From Curvularia clavata (Eukaryota), in contig CP089277.1 of the NCBI GenBank assembly GCA_023920165.1, positions 3,224,001-3,288,000 on the forward strand: a DNA stretch of 64,000 nucleotides, given 5' to 3'. The notes below the pieces were generated by a model. It saw only the letters and a list, made by a program, of their open reading frames with translations. It had not been told where the DNA came from and made no database searches. The position numbers and the translations under genes are program-made. Of this stretch, positions 1 to 13,394 are shown piece after piece. How positions within the stretch are numbered: the stretch's first letter is position 1; each line of letters starts with the position of its first letter.

Positions 1-2054
1 GACGTCGGCGTGGGAGGCTCTTCGCCGTTTGTCGCCGCTGGAGTTGCACCTGTATTTGGCCCTTTCTTGTTTGCGGGCTTCTAGAATCAACATCAATGTT
101 GCTCAGAGGTGGGGCAGGAATTGGAAACTTTACCTTATTGTCTTTTGTGGGCTTCTTCTTTGGATTAGCCTTGTTGGTTTGAGACGGCGTTGGCGGGTTC
201 GGGTTCGACTGTGACGGAGAGGGCTCAGGCCGTGGCTGCTCGTTCGTGGGTGCTGGAGGTGGCGGCATTTGCTGGCGCTGCTGTGGGTTTTGGCCCATAG
301 GCCCTCCCATTTGCTGTCCACCTGGCATCATACCAGGCTGAGGCCCACCACGCCAGCCGTTCTGCTGCATCTGTCCGTTACGCATAGCCTCCATTTGCGC
401 CGGTGTTATCTGTTGACCACCAAAGTTTGGGGGCTGCGGATGTGAACTCGGGGGACGCATGCCCATAGGGCCGTTCTGAGGCATTCCCTGTGGGTAGAAC
501 TGAGGAGGCATTCCTGGAGGGGCCAAGCTAGGATCAAAGTTCATATTGGGCGCAGGAGATGCACGCTGCTGTCCCATGATACCTTCTGGCATCGGTGAGC
601 CTGGGAGATTCTGCTGACCCAGCTTGGGCGTGCCTCGCTTCATCTGTTCGGCTGGGTTGGGGGACGGACCTCCGGCTCTGCTACCTTGTGGTGACATTGC
701 TGCCCCAAAACCCGGAGCGCCCATGACACCTTGCTGTGGGTGGCCAGACTGGTTATCCTGCTCTTGTCGTGCCATGAGCAATCGTTTCTTATTCTGTTGC
801 TCGAGAAGCATGAGCTGCATCTGGTAGTCCTGCAGCGCATGGTTACCTTGCTGAGGTGCGCCCTGAGGGTTGGCGGGCATGTTGCCGGGTCGTGGCCCGT
901 TGCCGGTAAAGAGGTTTTCTTGGCCCTCAAGGCCAGGCTGGGCCATTGGAGAGCCTTGGACGCCAGAGTTCATACCCTGGGGGGACGAAGTGTTACTCAA
1001 TGCGACTCTGTGTGCATGGGCCAGGCTTTGGGAATATACCTCCATGTTCTTCTGCTGCGCACCTGGACCTTGCGGCATGAACTCATTGAACTGGTTGTTG
1101 GGCATATTACCAGTGTTCATACCACCTGTGTGACATTGTCAATTAGCTTGGATACTCGGCAGAGGGCTCGGACAAGCAACGTACCATCAACCCGCGGGCG
1201 CTTGTTTGGCGACGGGGCATTCTCGTTGGATCCGGGCGAGTTGGGGCGCTGGCCGTTCATATCCATGGTAGATGCGTCCCGCTGCATCTGCGCTCCCATC
1301 ATGCCGGGACCTTTCATTTGCTGCATACCCGCCATGGGGTTTCCGGTGCTGCTGCGCGTTAGCGGATCGAATTGGGGAGAAGAGCATGGCCGTGGTGAGA
1401 GGAAGCATACGGTCGATTGTTGTTCATGGCTGCTGCCCGTTTAAGATCGGTCTGGTTACCGTTGGTCATGGTGCCGTTTCTCATCATCTGCTGATATTGC
1501 GCGTTCATGGGGTTGTTCATCATCATGCGCTGGTTCCGCTGCTCGTTTTGCAGCTGGCCAAGGTTCTGTGAGCTCTGTCAGTGGGCTGCTGCTTTGATAC
1601 TTGGATATGGCAGACTAAGGGTGCGACGTACCCGGTTGTGGCTGACGTATTGGATCGCGTTCTTGGAGGCATTGTTGCGAGGCTTGGTGGCCGTGTAGAT
1701 GTCCCAGAACTGGACCCACCAGTCGAGCAGGAAGGAATTGTCGGCGACCTGGTTGGGGGGCAGCGAGGGCAGGGGCAGGTCGTCTATCTGGTCAATGGCG
1801 TCGGCGCCGTTCATCTTGTTGTTGGGGCTGGGCTTCTCCGTGGCCATCTTCATGTCGCATTCGAGCATGGCGCGCGCGAGGCCCAGGTGCTTGTTCCGCA
1901 GGAAGTAGTCGTAGATGTACGTGTTAAGCTTCTCGGTGGGGTCGGTGCCCTTGCCGCCGGGCTGCGCCATGTTGCGCATGATGGGAGTGCCGTCGACGGG
2001 GCCGTTGTTCGCATTCATGGCCGCCATCTGCGCCATTTGCTGCTGGTTCTGCAT
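1..2054 (-). CDS. SOM1: SOM1/Flo8-like LUFS(LisH)-domain transcriptional regulator, multi-exon, 3' end runs off the window
   Basis: N-terminal LUFS motif 'EKLNTYIYDYFLRNKHLGLARAM...SFLLDWWVQFWDIY', then Q/M/P-rich exons with the NLS-like 'PSPNKRPRVD'. Introns start at 1631 and 134 among others. The frame is still open at base 1. Confidence 0.85.
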
Positions 2055-3324
2055 CGCGACGCAGCGTGGAGAGGGCGGGCGTCGGGCGCGGGAGACGGGT
2101 GGGGAGTTAGCGATGGAAGCGCGGTGCTAGCAAGTGGACGCGATATGTGTCGTGCACCTCGGTGCTGGATGGATGGGACTACAACAGCATGGGACGTCGT
2201 CGCCACGGAGGATCGGAGCCGGAGCCGGAGCGGCGTGCCTGGGGACCTGCTCGTGCCTGGAGAGAGACCAAGACGAGGGCGGGCGCGCAGAGCGTGGGCG
2301 GATGGGATAGAGGAGTGCCGAGAAAGGGTAGCGACGCTGGTGTCGCGATGGAAAAGGCGGCGGCTGATGCACGGTATTGGGACGGGGGTTAGCGTGAAGG
2401 AAGGACTTTGAGAGGGGATGTCAGCGGCGCGCTCTGCACGGAGGCTGCCAAGCGATGCGGTGCGGTGGGATCACGACAACAACAACGGCCGGGAAAAATC
2501 GCCTACGCGATGCAGCGTGTCGGTCGCAGCAAAGGGCTCAGAGAGATAGCAGACGGGTCGTGGCAAGTTGGTGAATCGAGGGGAAAGGCGGCCGCCGCTC
2601 ACTGCACTGCGCCAAGTCGCGTCCACGTGACGGGGTATTATTAGACTTTGCCTCGCACCAGCCTCCCTTTTGCCCACCACCGCAAAAAAATGCCCCTTCG
2701 TGCTTGCTTTTCGCCAACCAACCACTGCAAATGGCCCGTCCACGGCCCAATCTGTCGTGATGCTCATCCCAGGCCATGCGCCGACGTCCTGCGAGGGTGC
2801 GTGGTGGGGCATGTAACGCGACCTTGACAGGTCCACGACTGCGACGCCAGTTGCGGCATGCCATTACACACTACACCTTGTTGGCCTCAGATGCGCCCAG
2901 TTGCCCGTCTCAGGCACGGATGCTCAACCGTCTGCCCCAGGCCGCGCCTCAATACATACATTCACGCACGTGCAAACAAAACGGCCCCCTTTCCGCCCTC
3001 AATTGGGTCGTCATGGGCGAGTGCAATTGCGCCAATGTGCAATTGTCCCCTCATGTGCCTCGCTGACCGCCTACAAAGGTGCAATTCTACCTGTCGCAAT
3101 GCGCCTAATGATTCGACGTCAGATGCAGCCTGCTCTTTTCGTGTCAAGTCTACCACTCCCGCCAAAGCCGTGTGCAATTATTTAGTAAACTCTGCCCTGT
3201 TCATATCGCTTCTGTAGAGCCAGCCGTCCCGCATTGTACATACCCTCCTTGTCTGGTGACCAATGCGCCTCATGCTCGAGATATCATGCAAATATGCACT
3301 CCCCTCTACCCTCAAGGCCACTCT

Positions 3325-4125
3325 CTACTCATCATCCGGTGGCATCTCGTCGTCAATGTACCGAACCAACGATATCCGCATCTCGGTAGTGTCGTTGCCT
3401 CGCAGGACGTCGCTGACGAAATGCGCTTCAACTTGCATATGTACCTAGTTCGCCAATGAGTAATTTGCTCACATCCAACGTCGCAGTCCACCATCTCCCC
3501 ACACAGACGTACCATTTCCAATGCGCCTCGCAGCACGCCCACTAGTATGTTCGAGAACCACAGCTCGTCCTGCGCGCGGCCGTCATCAGGTAACTCGACA
3601 AAATCGGCAAGTGGGTTCTCCTCGAAGATGAGAGAGAATTGTTTGTTGTCGCTGGACCAGTTCGTAATCGTGGGGGTAATGTTGAGGAAGATCTTGAAGC
3701 CGACCTGCACATGCGCATGAGCTGGTGAACATTCCATCTACTGCTTGGCAACGGCTACCTTTGAGATCATCTCGGCCACCTCTCTGAAGTTTGTGCAAGC
3801 CGGCGCACTCGACTTTGCCAGAAAGTCCTCAATCAACCGTATCCCGATATTGTATCCCATGCGGTCCAGTTGCTTGTTGACATCCGGGTAGTTGTATTCG
3901 TAGTCTTTGCATAACTGTGCGACTATGGTGCCGTATGTGAGAGTAACCAGCTCAGCACTGACCTTGTCGACCCGTGTTCTTACATCGTCAGAGCTGCAAA
4001 GCGTATTCAGTCATGTGCGAGGCTTACTTCCATACTCTGACATGTATTAGCGCATCGTCAAGCAGTTGCTAGACATGTGGGCCTCACTCCTCGCCCATGC
4101 GGGCCGCCTTTGTTGACGAAGACAT
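3325..4125 (-). CDS. BET3: TRAPP complex subunit Bet3 (TRAPPC3)
   Basis: Spliced product '[32 protein letters not shown]...[17 protein letters not shown]...[11 protein letters not shown]...[17 protein letters not shown]...EMPPDDE*'. Includes a 9-nt exon at 4028-4036. Confidence 0.95.
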
Positions 4126-4413
4126 GGCTCACTCTGGCTGTTTTTGATTATGTTTAGCGCAGTATACACAGAGGTTACGACGAGTAACTCTGCAGGCGCG
4201 GGCAAAGGTGTGTATGAGGTAGCTGTAGATTGAGTCGTGTCGTCGGCATCGGGGGGTAAACGCGGAGGAGCGTACTTAGCTCGGGCGGTGGAGCGTATAT
4301 CGCTTGGCGCCGATCTTCCTAGAGGAAAGTTCACGAGCTACTACCAAACCACGAATTTAGACGCGACTCCGTATATTCCACCACGATACCCAAATTAGCG
4401 CATATATACCGCC

Positions 4414-5828
4414 ATGTCTAGAGAAAAGCGACCCGCCAACGAGGCCTTTGGCACCAGCCAGTTGGTCAAGCGCACAAAGTCAGATGCCAACCTGGGAGGA
4501 AGCTCTGCAGTAGCTGTAGTTAACAGCTCGGGCGCAAATGGCGCGCTGGTACAAGCGGTATGTTAACAACGAGGACTTTTCTTGTACAAGTACCAAGGCT
4601 GAAGGTTGCGATGTGCTGACAGGTGGTTTAGGGACCGCGCGCCAGCTCGTTACAGTCCCCGGTCATGGAACTGACAGGCCATTCGGGTGAAGTCTTTGCA
4701 GCACGATTCGACCCAACCGGACAGTATATAGCATCGGGCTCCATGGACCGTTCTATTTGTGAGTTTGTTCAAGATTCGTAAGGGACTCCGCGCTGACTGT
4801 AAATAGTACTTTGGCGCAGCTCCGGCACCTGCGAAAACTACGGCATCCTCACTGGTCACAAGCAGGCAGTACTCGACCTGCATTGGTCGCGCGACTCCAA
4901 GGTTCTCTTCTCCGCCTCGGCAGACATGCATCTAGCAAGTTGGGATGTTGAAACTGGAGAAAGAATACGGAGACACCCCGGTCACGAAGAGGTCATCAAT
5001 TGTATGGACGTGAGCAAGCGCGGCGAGGAGATGCTTGTGAGCGGTTCTGACGACGGTTACATTGGCGTGAGTATACAACCTTGGCCATGACGGGACTTGT
5101 CTAACCCAAACAACAGATCTGGGACACAAGAACAAAAGACGCCGTAACCTTTATCCCCACCGACTTCCCCATAACGGCGATATGCCTAGCAGAAGCTGGG
5201 AACGAACTGTTTACCGGCGGCATTGACAACGATATCAAAGTCTGGGATCTGCGGAAACAAGCAGTGACATATACGTTGATTGGCCATACTGACACAGTGA
5301 CTTCGCTGCAAATATCCCCGGACAACCAAACCCTATTATCAAACGCACACGACTCGACCGTCAGAACCTGGGACGTGAGACCCTTTGCGCCCGCGGACCG
5401 GCGCATACAAACGTATGACGGAGCCCCCACCGGACAAGAGCGTAACCTCTTGAAGGCGAGCTGGGACTTCAAGGGTGAAAAGATTGCTGCCGGTAGCGGA
5501 GATCAAAGCGTCGCCGTCTGGGAGACGCGGACAGGGAAGCTCTTGCACAAGCTGCCTGGCCACCGAGGTGCTGTCAACGACGTACGATTCCACCCACTTG
5601 GCGAACCCATCTGTAAGTCGAACTCAATTTCCTTATGCCTCACCACCTCGGATTCGGCCGTACACCGCGTTTGGATACCCTGGCACAAAGGGGGTCTAAG
5701 CGGGAGGCAGTCCGCACACATGCTCTTACCTTGTTTGTCTCCGTTGAGGCACAAAGCTAACTTGGCAATTCTTAGTGGTTTCCGCATCCTCGGATCGCAA
5801 GCTCATGGTAGGAGAACTGGGCAAGTGA
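4414..5828 (+). CDS. SNRNP40: U5 snRNP 40 kDa WD40-repeat protein (SNRNP40/Spf38/Cwf17-like)
   Basis: WD repeats 'LQSPVMELTGHSGEVFAARFDP', 'LIGHTDTVTSL', 'STVRTWDVRPFAPADR', 'KLPGHRGAVNDVRFHP', ending 'SSDRKLMVGELGK*'. Introns at about 4558-4631, 4759-4807, 5068-5116 and 5613-5775. Confidence 0.9.
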
Positions 5829-7046
5829 ATGTGGAGCTTGTGTATCTTGGCTACGGACTTTTGATTCGAAGAGATTGCCGCGAAAAGCGTGGAGAAAGGC
5901 CCGAGGAGCTTCCGGCCCCAGATTGATGTCACAAGGGCTATGTTTACGTGTTGACTGGATACGATACGCCGATGCGACGTGTGACAGGGCTGGAGGGGGG
6001 TGTTCGCACGTTTGTAGGCAGAGTCGTCGACGACACAACACAGGCAACACGGCGAGTATGGACATTGGGAATAAGCGTCGAGGATGGTTGGCACGAGCGT
6101 GCAACAACAAAAACGACCCGACGACTGCAGGATAGCCAGCAATGAAGCCGACGAAATTTGCAATGATGCATGTCCATGGCCTTATATTGTGCTCGTCGCA
6201 TGCCAGCCGCGCTGCTAAAAGCAGGACGTGGTGGTTGCGCAGGCCTGATTGGGATGGGCGTTTCAGACTGTTTTGGCGACAGCGAATCAAGGCGAGGCTT
6301 CCCCAGGTCTTTCCCGACCACTCGTCCAAATGGCTCCATTTCAAGAACGCGAACGCGGTCCGTGCTACATGTAGGATGGCTGCTCCAGCCCAGCCGTGTT
6401 TCACCCTCGCCCCCATCGCCCTCTGACACACGTCCCGTCGCGAATACGCATAGCGCTCAATGCTCGCTCGACCGTGGCCGTCGTTGTCGTCCGCACCCAT
6501 GTCCCAGTCCCACGCCTGCTCTTCTCCCTCAACTGTCATGGCTTCATCGTCCTTTTCCTTCAGTTGTTGGTAATTGGCAGCAGTGCTGCACTCTGCTGGT
6601 TTCGCTTCTCTTTGTTCTTTCACCTTCGTTTGGCTCTGGTGGCTCTGGATAGTCTGCTAGCCAATTTGACCCTTTATTTGTCCACTAATATTCCTTCATT
6701 TCCGTTTGAACGCCTCGTTTCGATTCGAGCAGGCGTGGAAAGGTACAGCCAACAGTTCACGCACTGGATATTGCAAGACGGCTCTGAGCAACAAAGTCGT
6801 CCACTCATTCGGATAGCACTCCGCACTTTCTTTCCTGCTGCAATCCAGCCACGAGGTCCCCATGATAAGCTAGCCCTCTCGTTCGCTCATTCGTCATAGC
6901 CATATCTTGGAGGAAGATCAACAGCAGTGTCGAGCCTCGGCGACCTATTTACTATAAGGGAACAGAGCGCGCTCAAGATAGAACTTGGGGTCCGCATTTC
7001 CTAGTTTCTGGCCCTCGCCTGTCCTTGAATCTATATACAGAACGCC

Positions 7047-8422
7047 ATGTTTCGGTCACCACTCTTCGCTTGGTCGCCACGGCCAGACCATGACCAAGAC
7101 ATCGAGGCTTCTCCAGCAACACACTCCCCATCCCGATTCAGCGCCTTCCGCAGCAACGTACGGACATTGGTCAACGGTTCATCCATCTATTCGCAATCAC
7201 CGGCCCTACCCAACAACAGTAATGAAAACACACCAAAGATCCCGTTCCTTGGACTCTGGAGTCGCAATCAATCACCTAATCCGAATGTTGCACATGTTTC
7301 TGATGATGTGCCGCGCGACTCAGCCGATTCGAGGTCACCTCTTTCCTCCCATGCCCATCACACTGCAGGCTCCTACATTGGCGCCATTCAAGAACCACAA
7401 GAACCAACGACAGTGTACTCGCGTCACCCAGCAGATGTACCATTACCACCCGACCATGCTGGCGCTGTGGACCCTGAAAGCCAGCAGCTCGCAGACGAAA
7501 TCAACGAAAGACGACACCGGCGACGCAAGCACCGGAGGAGAAGACATCACCGTACCGAGCGGCCTGAACAGTGGGTGCGGAGAAGAGACGAGCGAGGCTC
7601 TTCTACAATCTATGTCAGGGGATCAGCTGCACGAAGAAAATTGGCTAGCTGTGTGATTTCTGGAACCTTTCTCATCGTCATTCTGTCCATCTGTAAGTCT
7701 AGGTCAAGTTTCACATGGTACATGACGGAATCTAACGTACGATCGCAGACCTAGCATTGGCTCTGACCAACAAAGACCTGGGACAGGAAATCCACATCCT
7801 GTTCATTATGGTCCTTCTCACTGTCACCATCTTCTTCTGTCATTCGCTTATCCGTCTCTGCATGCTGATGCTCAACCCTCCACGCGAAGAAGGGCAACGC
7901 ATGCCCAACATGATGGGCGCTGATGGCTTCCAACCCGCTGTGCCCATCCGTGTCCACTTGCAACGCGACGAGGAAGCTGCAGCAGAGAACGATAGGGCCC
8001 TAGATAACGACGATGACAACGATCCAGAGAAGAATATGCCACCACCGCCACCGCCCGCTTACGGTCTCTGGCGCAGTAGCGTCCGCGTGGATCCAAACCT
8101 CCTCCACTGGCAGCGTGTAGACGCCGTACCTGAACGCGGCAGTGCAATGTCGCACCAAACGCAATCACGTGCCGGCTCTGTAACAGAACAAGTCCCACCC
8201 ATGCCCTCGCGTGCACAGTCAGCCGTAGCAGAGGGCCCGCGACCCCCGTCCTATGTCTCTGAAGACGGCGTCAGTTACGTGGTCGAAGCTGCACCGCGCT
8301 CCACCGTCAATCGCGACAGCCACACAGGATATAGTGAAATACATCCTGCGTGGCGCCCAGGGTACGCCATGAGTGAAATCAGAGGCGGCGAACTCCCGGC
8401 GATTGAGAATTACCGGAGATGA
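7047..8422 (+). CDS. Conserved-looking hypothetical membrane protein with two TM helices and PPxY motifs
   Basis: Two long ORFs joined by a GTAAGT...CTAAC...CAG intron (7693-7748). Hydrophobic segments 'SCVISGTFLIVILSIYLALAL' and 'IHILFIMVLLTVTIFFCHSLIRL'. Motifs PPPAY and PPSY. Confidence 0.75.
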
Positions 8423-9568
8423 AACAATAATAAAACAATAACAGAAAAAAGCAAAAAGATAAATAGTATCAAAAAAGGTTTATCCTCTCCCAGCATGGAC
8501 TTGGTTTTGTTTATTCCTTCCCATAGCGAAGATCGAGAATAAACACCTGGATTCCGACTGGCAGATATCACCGTCCCTCCCTCACCCCACGCACATACAC
8601 TGTCTGATAGCGTTTGCGTCACTGCCTGCTTTTTTATCCAGTTTTTGAGCGTTCTCGTTATTTGCATTGAGAGTTTTGGCATTTTGAGCATTGTATCGAA
8701 TACAAAGTATAGTACGACACTCTGCACTACATGTACAACATGCGCATACATGTTTGAATTTAAAAAAACATGTTGGTATCAAATCTTCTTTCTTCAGGTG
8801 CCTATTTTGATCCCACTCAACAACGTAGGGAACGCGGCTGTACCGATACAAGTCGATCACGCAAGCCCCGTCCACGTTCACCGTCCATCCACATCCCTTC
8901 GCCTCTTCTACCCCTCACCACAAGATACCATCGTACCTATCTTCCGTTTCTATTCCTAGCCACAGTCCTAGATACGTAATACTCGTACAGACCCTGCCGC
9001 CGGTCTATCGTAAGACCCGCACGTGCTAGAAAAGTGAGGCGAACAAAACGCCGAGGTGGGACACGGAAACGAGAAAAGAAGGGCCAAACGATCTGATCGT
9101 CGGGAGATCTCATAATTCGGTGCAGCTTCTGATTGTGGCACTTGATGCTTGTACCCTGTGGGTTCGAGTCGATGACATGGTGGCGATGGCGGGTGCGATG
9201 AGCGGACCAGGGGAGTGAACGATGGAAAAAGCAATGCAGAACTGATTGAGTAACAGTATCATGAGGTCATTATAGCTTTGATGGACGTGTGTTGAACAGG
9301 TAGGGAAAGACACAAAAGCCCCAAAAAAAAACATCATTCTCATGTACCTGATTTTTCCGGGCTATATAAAACATACATGCAGCTGTTTCGCATGTAGTAA
9401 CTGACCTATCTAACATGCGAAGTGCCTCCTCATAAACCATTCCTTTATTAGATCGTTTGCAGTCATAAGCTCCATGACACTATGATCCATCAGTGTGCCG
9501 TTGAACCGGCTCCAATCGCATCGTCGTTGTCGTAAACATCATCATTATCGTCATTGCCGTCATAGTTG

Positions 9569-11323
9569 TTAGACACTCTTCTCACTCTTCCCACCAAAGC
9601 TCTTGCCCTCAGCACTAACCCTACTCGTGCTCCTCGCCACACCAGGACTCATCACGCTCCCGGGCACAACAGTAGACGCAGAAGCAGGCGGAGGCGAAAC
9701 AATACCACCCGCGCTCAGCGGCATGGGACTCGCACTCGTAGCCAATGGTACCGTACTCGCACTATGTGTCAGCACGTGTCCCGGTCCCGGTCCCGGCGCA
9801 TTACCCAATTCAGGGTCGAGGCTACCTTCTCTCTTTTCCGAGTCGTCTTTGCTACTGTTGTCTTGGTCTCGGCCGTCGTCGTCCTGGCCTGGATTGGCGA
9901 CCTCGTACTCGAGGATCTTGATGAATTGATAAAAGAGGAGGGCTAGGATGGCGCCGACGCCGGGACCGACCCAGTAGATCCAGTGGTCTTTGTCGAATAC
10001 GCCGGTTACGACGCAGGGACCGAAGGAGCGTGCAGGGTTGAGTGAGCCACCGGTGTAGTAGACACCTACGAGTTCGCCGATGAATAGGGCTAGACCAATT
10101 CCCACAGGCGCGATGAAGGTTGCTGGAGGGTGTGAGTTAGTGAATTTCGTTGAAGAATAGTCCAGTTGTCACATACCCTTATGTTTCTCCTTTGCCAACA
10201 TGAAAATAGTAAAAACCAGCTCTGCCGTCAACACAGCCTCGATCATGGTTCCCTGAGCCAGACTGGTCCCTTGACCGAGCGTAGTTCTGACGTTGAAGTT
10301 CGTCGGAAACAATACCTTTACCAGGAAACTAGCAAAGATACTTCCAGCCATTTGGGCGGCAAATAGCAAAAAAGCTCGGATGGGACTCAGTGCCCGACAC
10401 AGCAGCATGGCGAATGTGACGGCAGGGTTGAACAAGCCACCAGAGATACGGAAAAAGACCCAGACGTTGACCATGAGAGAGAATGCAAAGACGAGGGCAA
10501 TGTAGAGAAGAACAATGGGTGAGAAACCGGCAGCTTCACCCGTCGTGGTGTTAGACTGGGGCGCGGCAGCGGACCTGATGTTGGCGACCTGTGTGCCTGA
10601 AAAGGCGAAGAAGAGGAACATAGTTGTTCCTACAAACTCACCCACAAAGGCTACGAAGTCTGTTGAGAGTTAGCAAAGGTCTATTCATGATTTGATGTTA
10701 AAGGACTTACGGTTCTTTGCGTTGCTTCCCATCCAGATCATCCAAGGTAATCTTATGGCATGCTCTGCACTTGGCATCGGGGGCGGGGGACCTCGACCTC
10801 CATTGTCTGACACGGCAGGATATCGGCCATAGGCTTCCTGATAGTACGGGTAATACATTTCGTAGTTTGGCTTACCAGGCATGTCTGCATAGGCGGGGTA
10901 TGCATTCACATCCCAATTGTTCCTAGGCATAGGTCCATATCGTGCGCTTTGCTCTGGGAAGTTGCCGTACGAGACTGGAGGGCGTGTATGCCGTCTGTTG
11001 GTGCGGTACTGATATGCTTGGGGATTCCGTTCTTCCTCTTCTGGGTACTCCTCGACAGATGGGACTGGGTGGTTTGAGGGATTGACAGGTACACTCTGGG
11101 ATGACCTTCGAGCGCGAGAGGGTGCAAGTGGGGGTACGGCTGGTATTTCAGGTTCCATGCGGGCGTCGTGACGTGCAGGATATCCTTGGACAGGAGTACG
11201 TAGAAGCTCCTGTCTAGAATCCCCAGATGAAGAATCATGCAGAGGCGTAGGTGATTCTACTATCGATCCATCAGGAAGTTGTCTCGTATAAAACTGACGG
11301 AAAGTGCTATTTGATCGCGACAT
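9569..11323 (-). CDS. Aquaporin (MIP family) with long N- and C-terminal extensions, 3 exons
   Basis: Two NPA boxes ('ISGGLFNPAVT', 'GGSLNPARSFGP'), plus 'GEFVGT' and 'HWIYWVGP'. Introns at 10660-10710 and about 10123-10177. Confidence 0.95.
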
Positions 11324-12879
11324 TAAGTGATCAGGCCTGGCGATGGTTGATTGAGAGTTGTAGATGTATGTGGGGTAGAGAGACTCGACAAGTAAATCAG
11401 TAAATAAGTATTGCTCGAGGACAAATGATCCTTGTAGGTATTCAGGTATGAGCCTTTGAATAGTGCAAGTAGTTGTTCATCTTGAGCGAACACCGACGAT
11501 CATATATGCTCGTAGCCCAGGACAATGGGTAAGACCCTGCCACCGGCTTTTGACCGCCAGCCTTTGTCCGATACCATCTCTTGATAGCTTCTCGACGCTG
11601 TTCCAGCCTCTTCACTATGTCTTATTCGTTGATGTGAGCAACAGGTGGGCACCAGCTCCAGGGTCTCTATATCGAGGTCAAAGCGATGATGCAAATGACG
11701 TCTTTTGCTGACCGTGACGCGGGAAGGGTAAGAAGAAGCACTGTGAGAGCAAGGGTGGTGTTGTAAAAGAAACATGCATTGCCTGGTTAGGCACGCAGAA
11801 GTGCGGGATAAGATCTGCTGCGAGATAGCCAAGAGATTCGTAAGATTGGCCGGGCCGAGCAAATGAGGCTTCGGAAAATGGTGACAACCATTGTTACAGG
11901 TCATGGTAGTTGCTTGCAAGTGTAGCGCAAACCAGGGTCTTGTAGCTGTGTAGGGATCCCTGTTGTACGTCCTTTCTTGGCGGCCCCAGGACTTGTTTTT
12001 ACTCACAAAAGTAAAGCCTCCCCAGTATGTCGCCACCAGAGGCGCCCCGAAATGGGCCGATAATGACGAGTGATTAGACGCGTGGACTTGCAGCCTCAAA
12101 AGCAGCTGTTGTAGGCGCATATTGTGGAACAAGACCCACGGAAAGTACATGGAGCCAGTGCTTTTGTACCTCCATGGCAAGACATGTTCTGCAGTGCGAG
12201 CTATTTTGTATGTCCCATATATAAGAGATCGTAGCAAAAATTACAGAAATTCAACCTCGGCCGACAGATATTTTGGAGGCTGGAAAACTTGTGAGAATAC
12301 AAGGATGGGTGCGCACTCCGTGGCTTCAAATCAGTACGGCAAAACGGGAAAATCGACCAGGGATCGAGCATCAACTGAGGCGGTCCGCTGTGTTCATGGG
12401 ATGAATCTAGAAGCCTTGAATCGGACAGAACTGTGAGAGACCAAGGTAGTCTCCTCATACGAATGGCGCAAGTCCTTGAGACCGCCGGGCGTTATGCCGA
12501 TGTCATCGATCAACTTGGCTCCGACATCGCCGAAAGTGCAGAGCACGAACGGAGATTCTGACAGGGTCGGTTCTGGCCAATAACTTGGGGGTCAATGTGG
12601 GTGTAGTGGACTTGGTCCAACTACTCTTAAACGTCATTCATCCCAGCCACATCAAACGGACGCAGGCACGAGGACCCTGGCTTATACAGATATGTATGAC
12701 CTGTCTATGGTTTAAGCTGCAATCAAGCGTGAGTTTGAAGTTTGTTGAAAAAGAAATGATCAGAGAAAAACTGATTGTAAAGCTAGAAGCTCGAGATTCT
12801 GTTTATTTTATCTTCTCATAGACTCGTCAAGCGCATGGGTCAACCCTGCGTAATTGAATTTGGTAACAACGAAAACGTT

Positions 12880-13394
12880 TTACTTCTGCTCGCCTTGGCC
12901 GGAAGCCTCGGACTCCTTAATAACTTCGTCACTGGAACAGGGTCAGTTTGGTTATGCTTGAGCCGCAAATCAAGGAATCTACTGACATGTGCTTGTCCAG
13001 CTCGTCCATGTGCTGTCTTTGCTGCTTGAGCTTCTCCTTGATGGCCATAAGCCTACATATCGTCAGTTGTGCGCCCCAGAGTAATCATGTGTGGTATGGC
13101 GGGGCGTAGCGTCGTCGAGGGTGCAAAGGTGCGCATACTTGGCCTTCTCTTCTTGACGAATGTAGAGCTCCTCGGCAGCAGCCTCGCGCTTGGTGAAGGC
13201 GTCGCTATTCTCACGGTAAGCACAAGGTCCAGGTACCGGTAGCTTTGCCAGAATTGTACTTACCCGCCAGCAGTTCCAGTCGGTCTCGAGGTGCCAGAAC
13301 CGGTAGCTCCCTCCGTCAGGCGCAGAGCGGATGCGGAGAAGTAGCGGGGAGCGGCGATTGAGCGCGCGCTCTTGATGATGGATGTACGAAGCAT
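12880..13394 (-). CDS. INH1: Mitochondrial F1Fo-ATPase inhibitor IF1, 4 exons
   Basis: Presequence 'MLRTSIIKSARSIAAPRYFSASALR', IATP motif 'GDAFTKREAAAEELYIRQEEKAKL', coiled coil, ending 'GQGEQK*'. Confidence 0.9.

Noticed and set aside
9613..9623. Telomere-like CTAACCCTA
   Set aside because: Lies inside the aquaporin coding sequence. A few such 9-mers are expected by chance in 64 kb.
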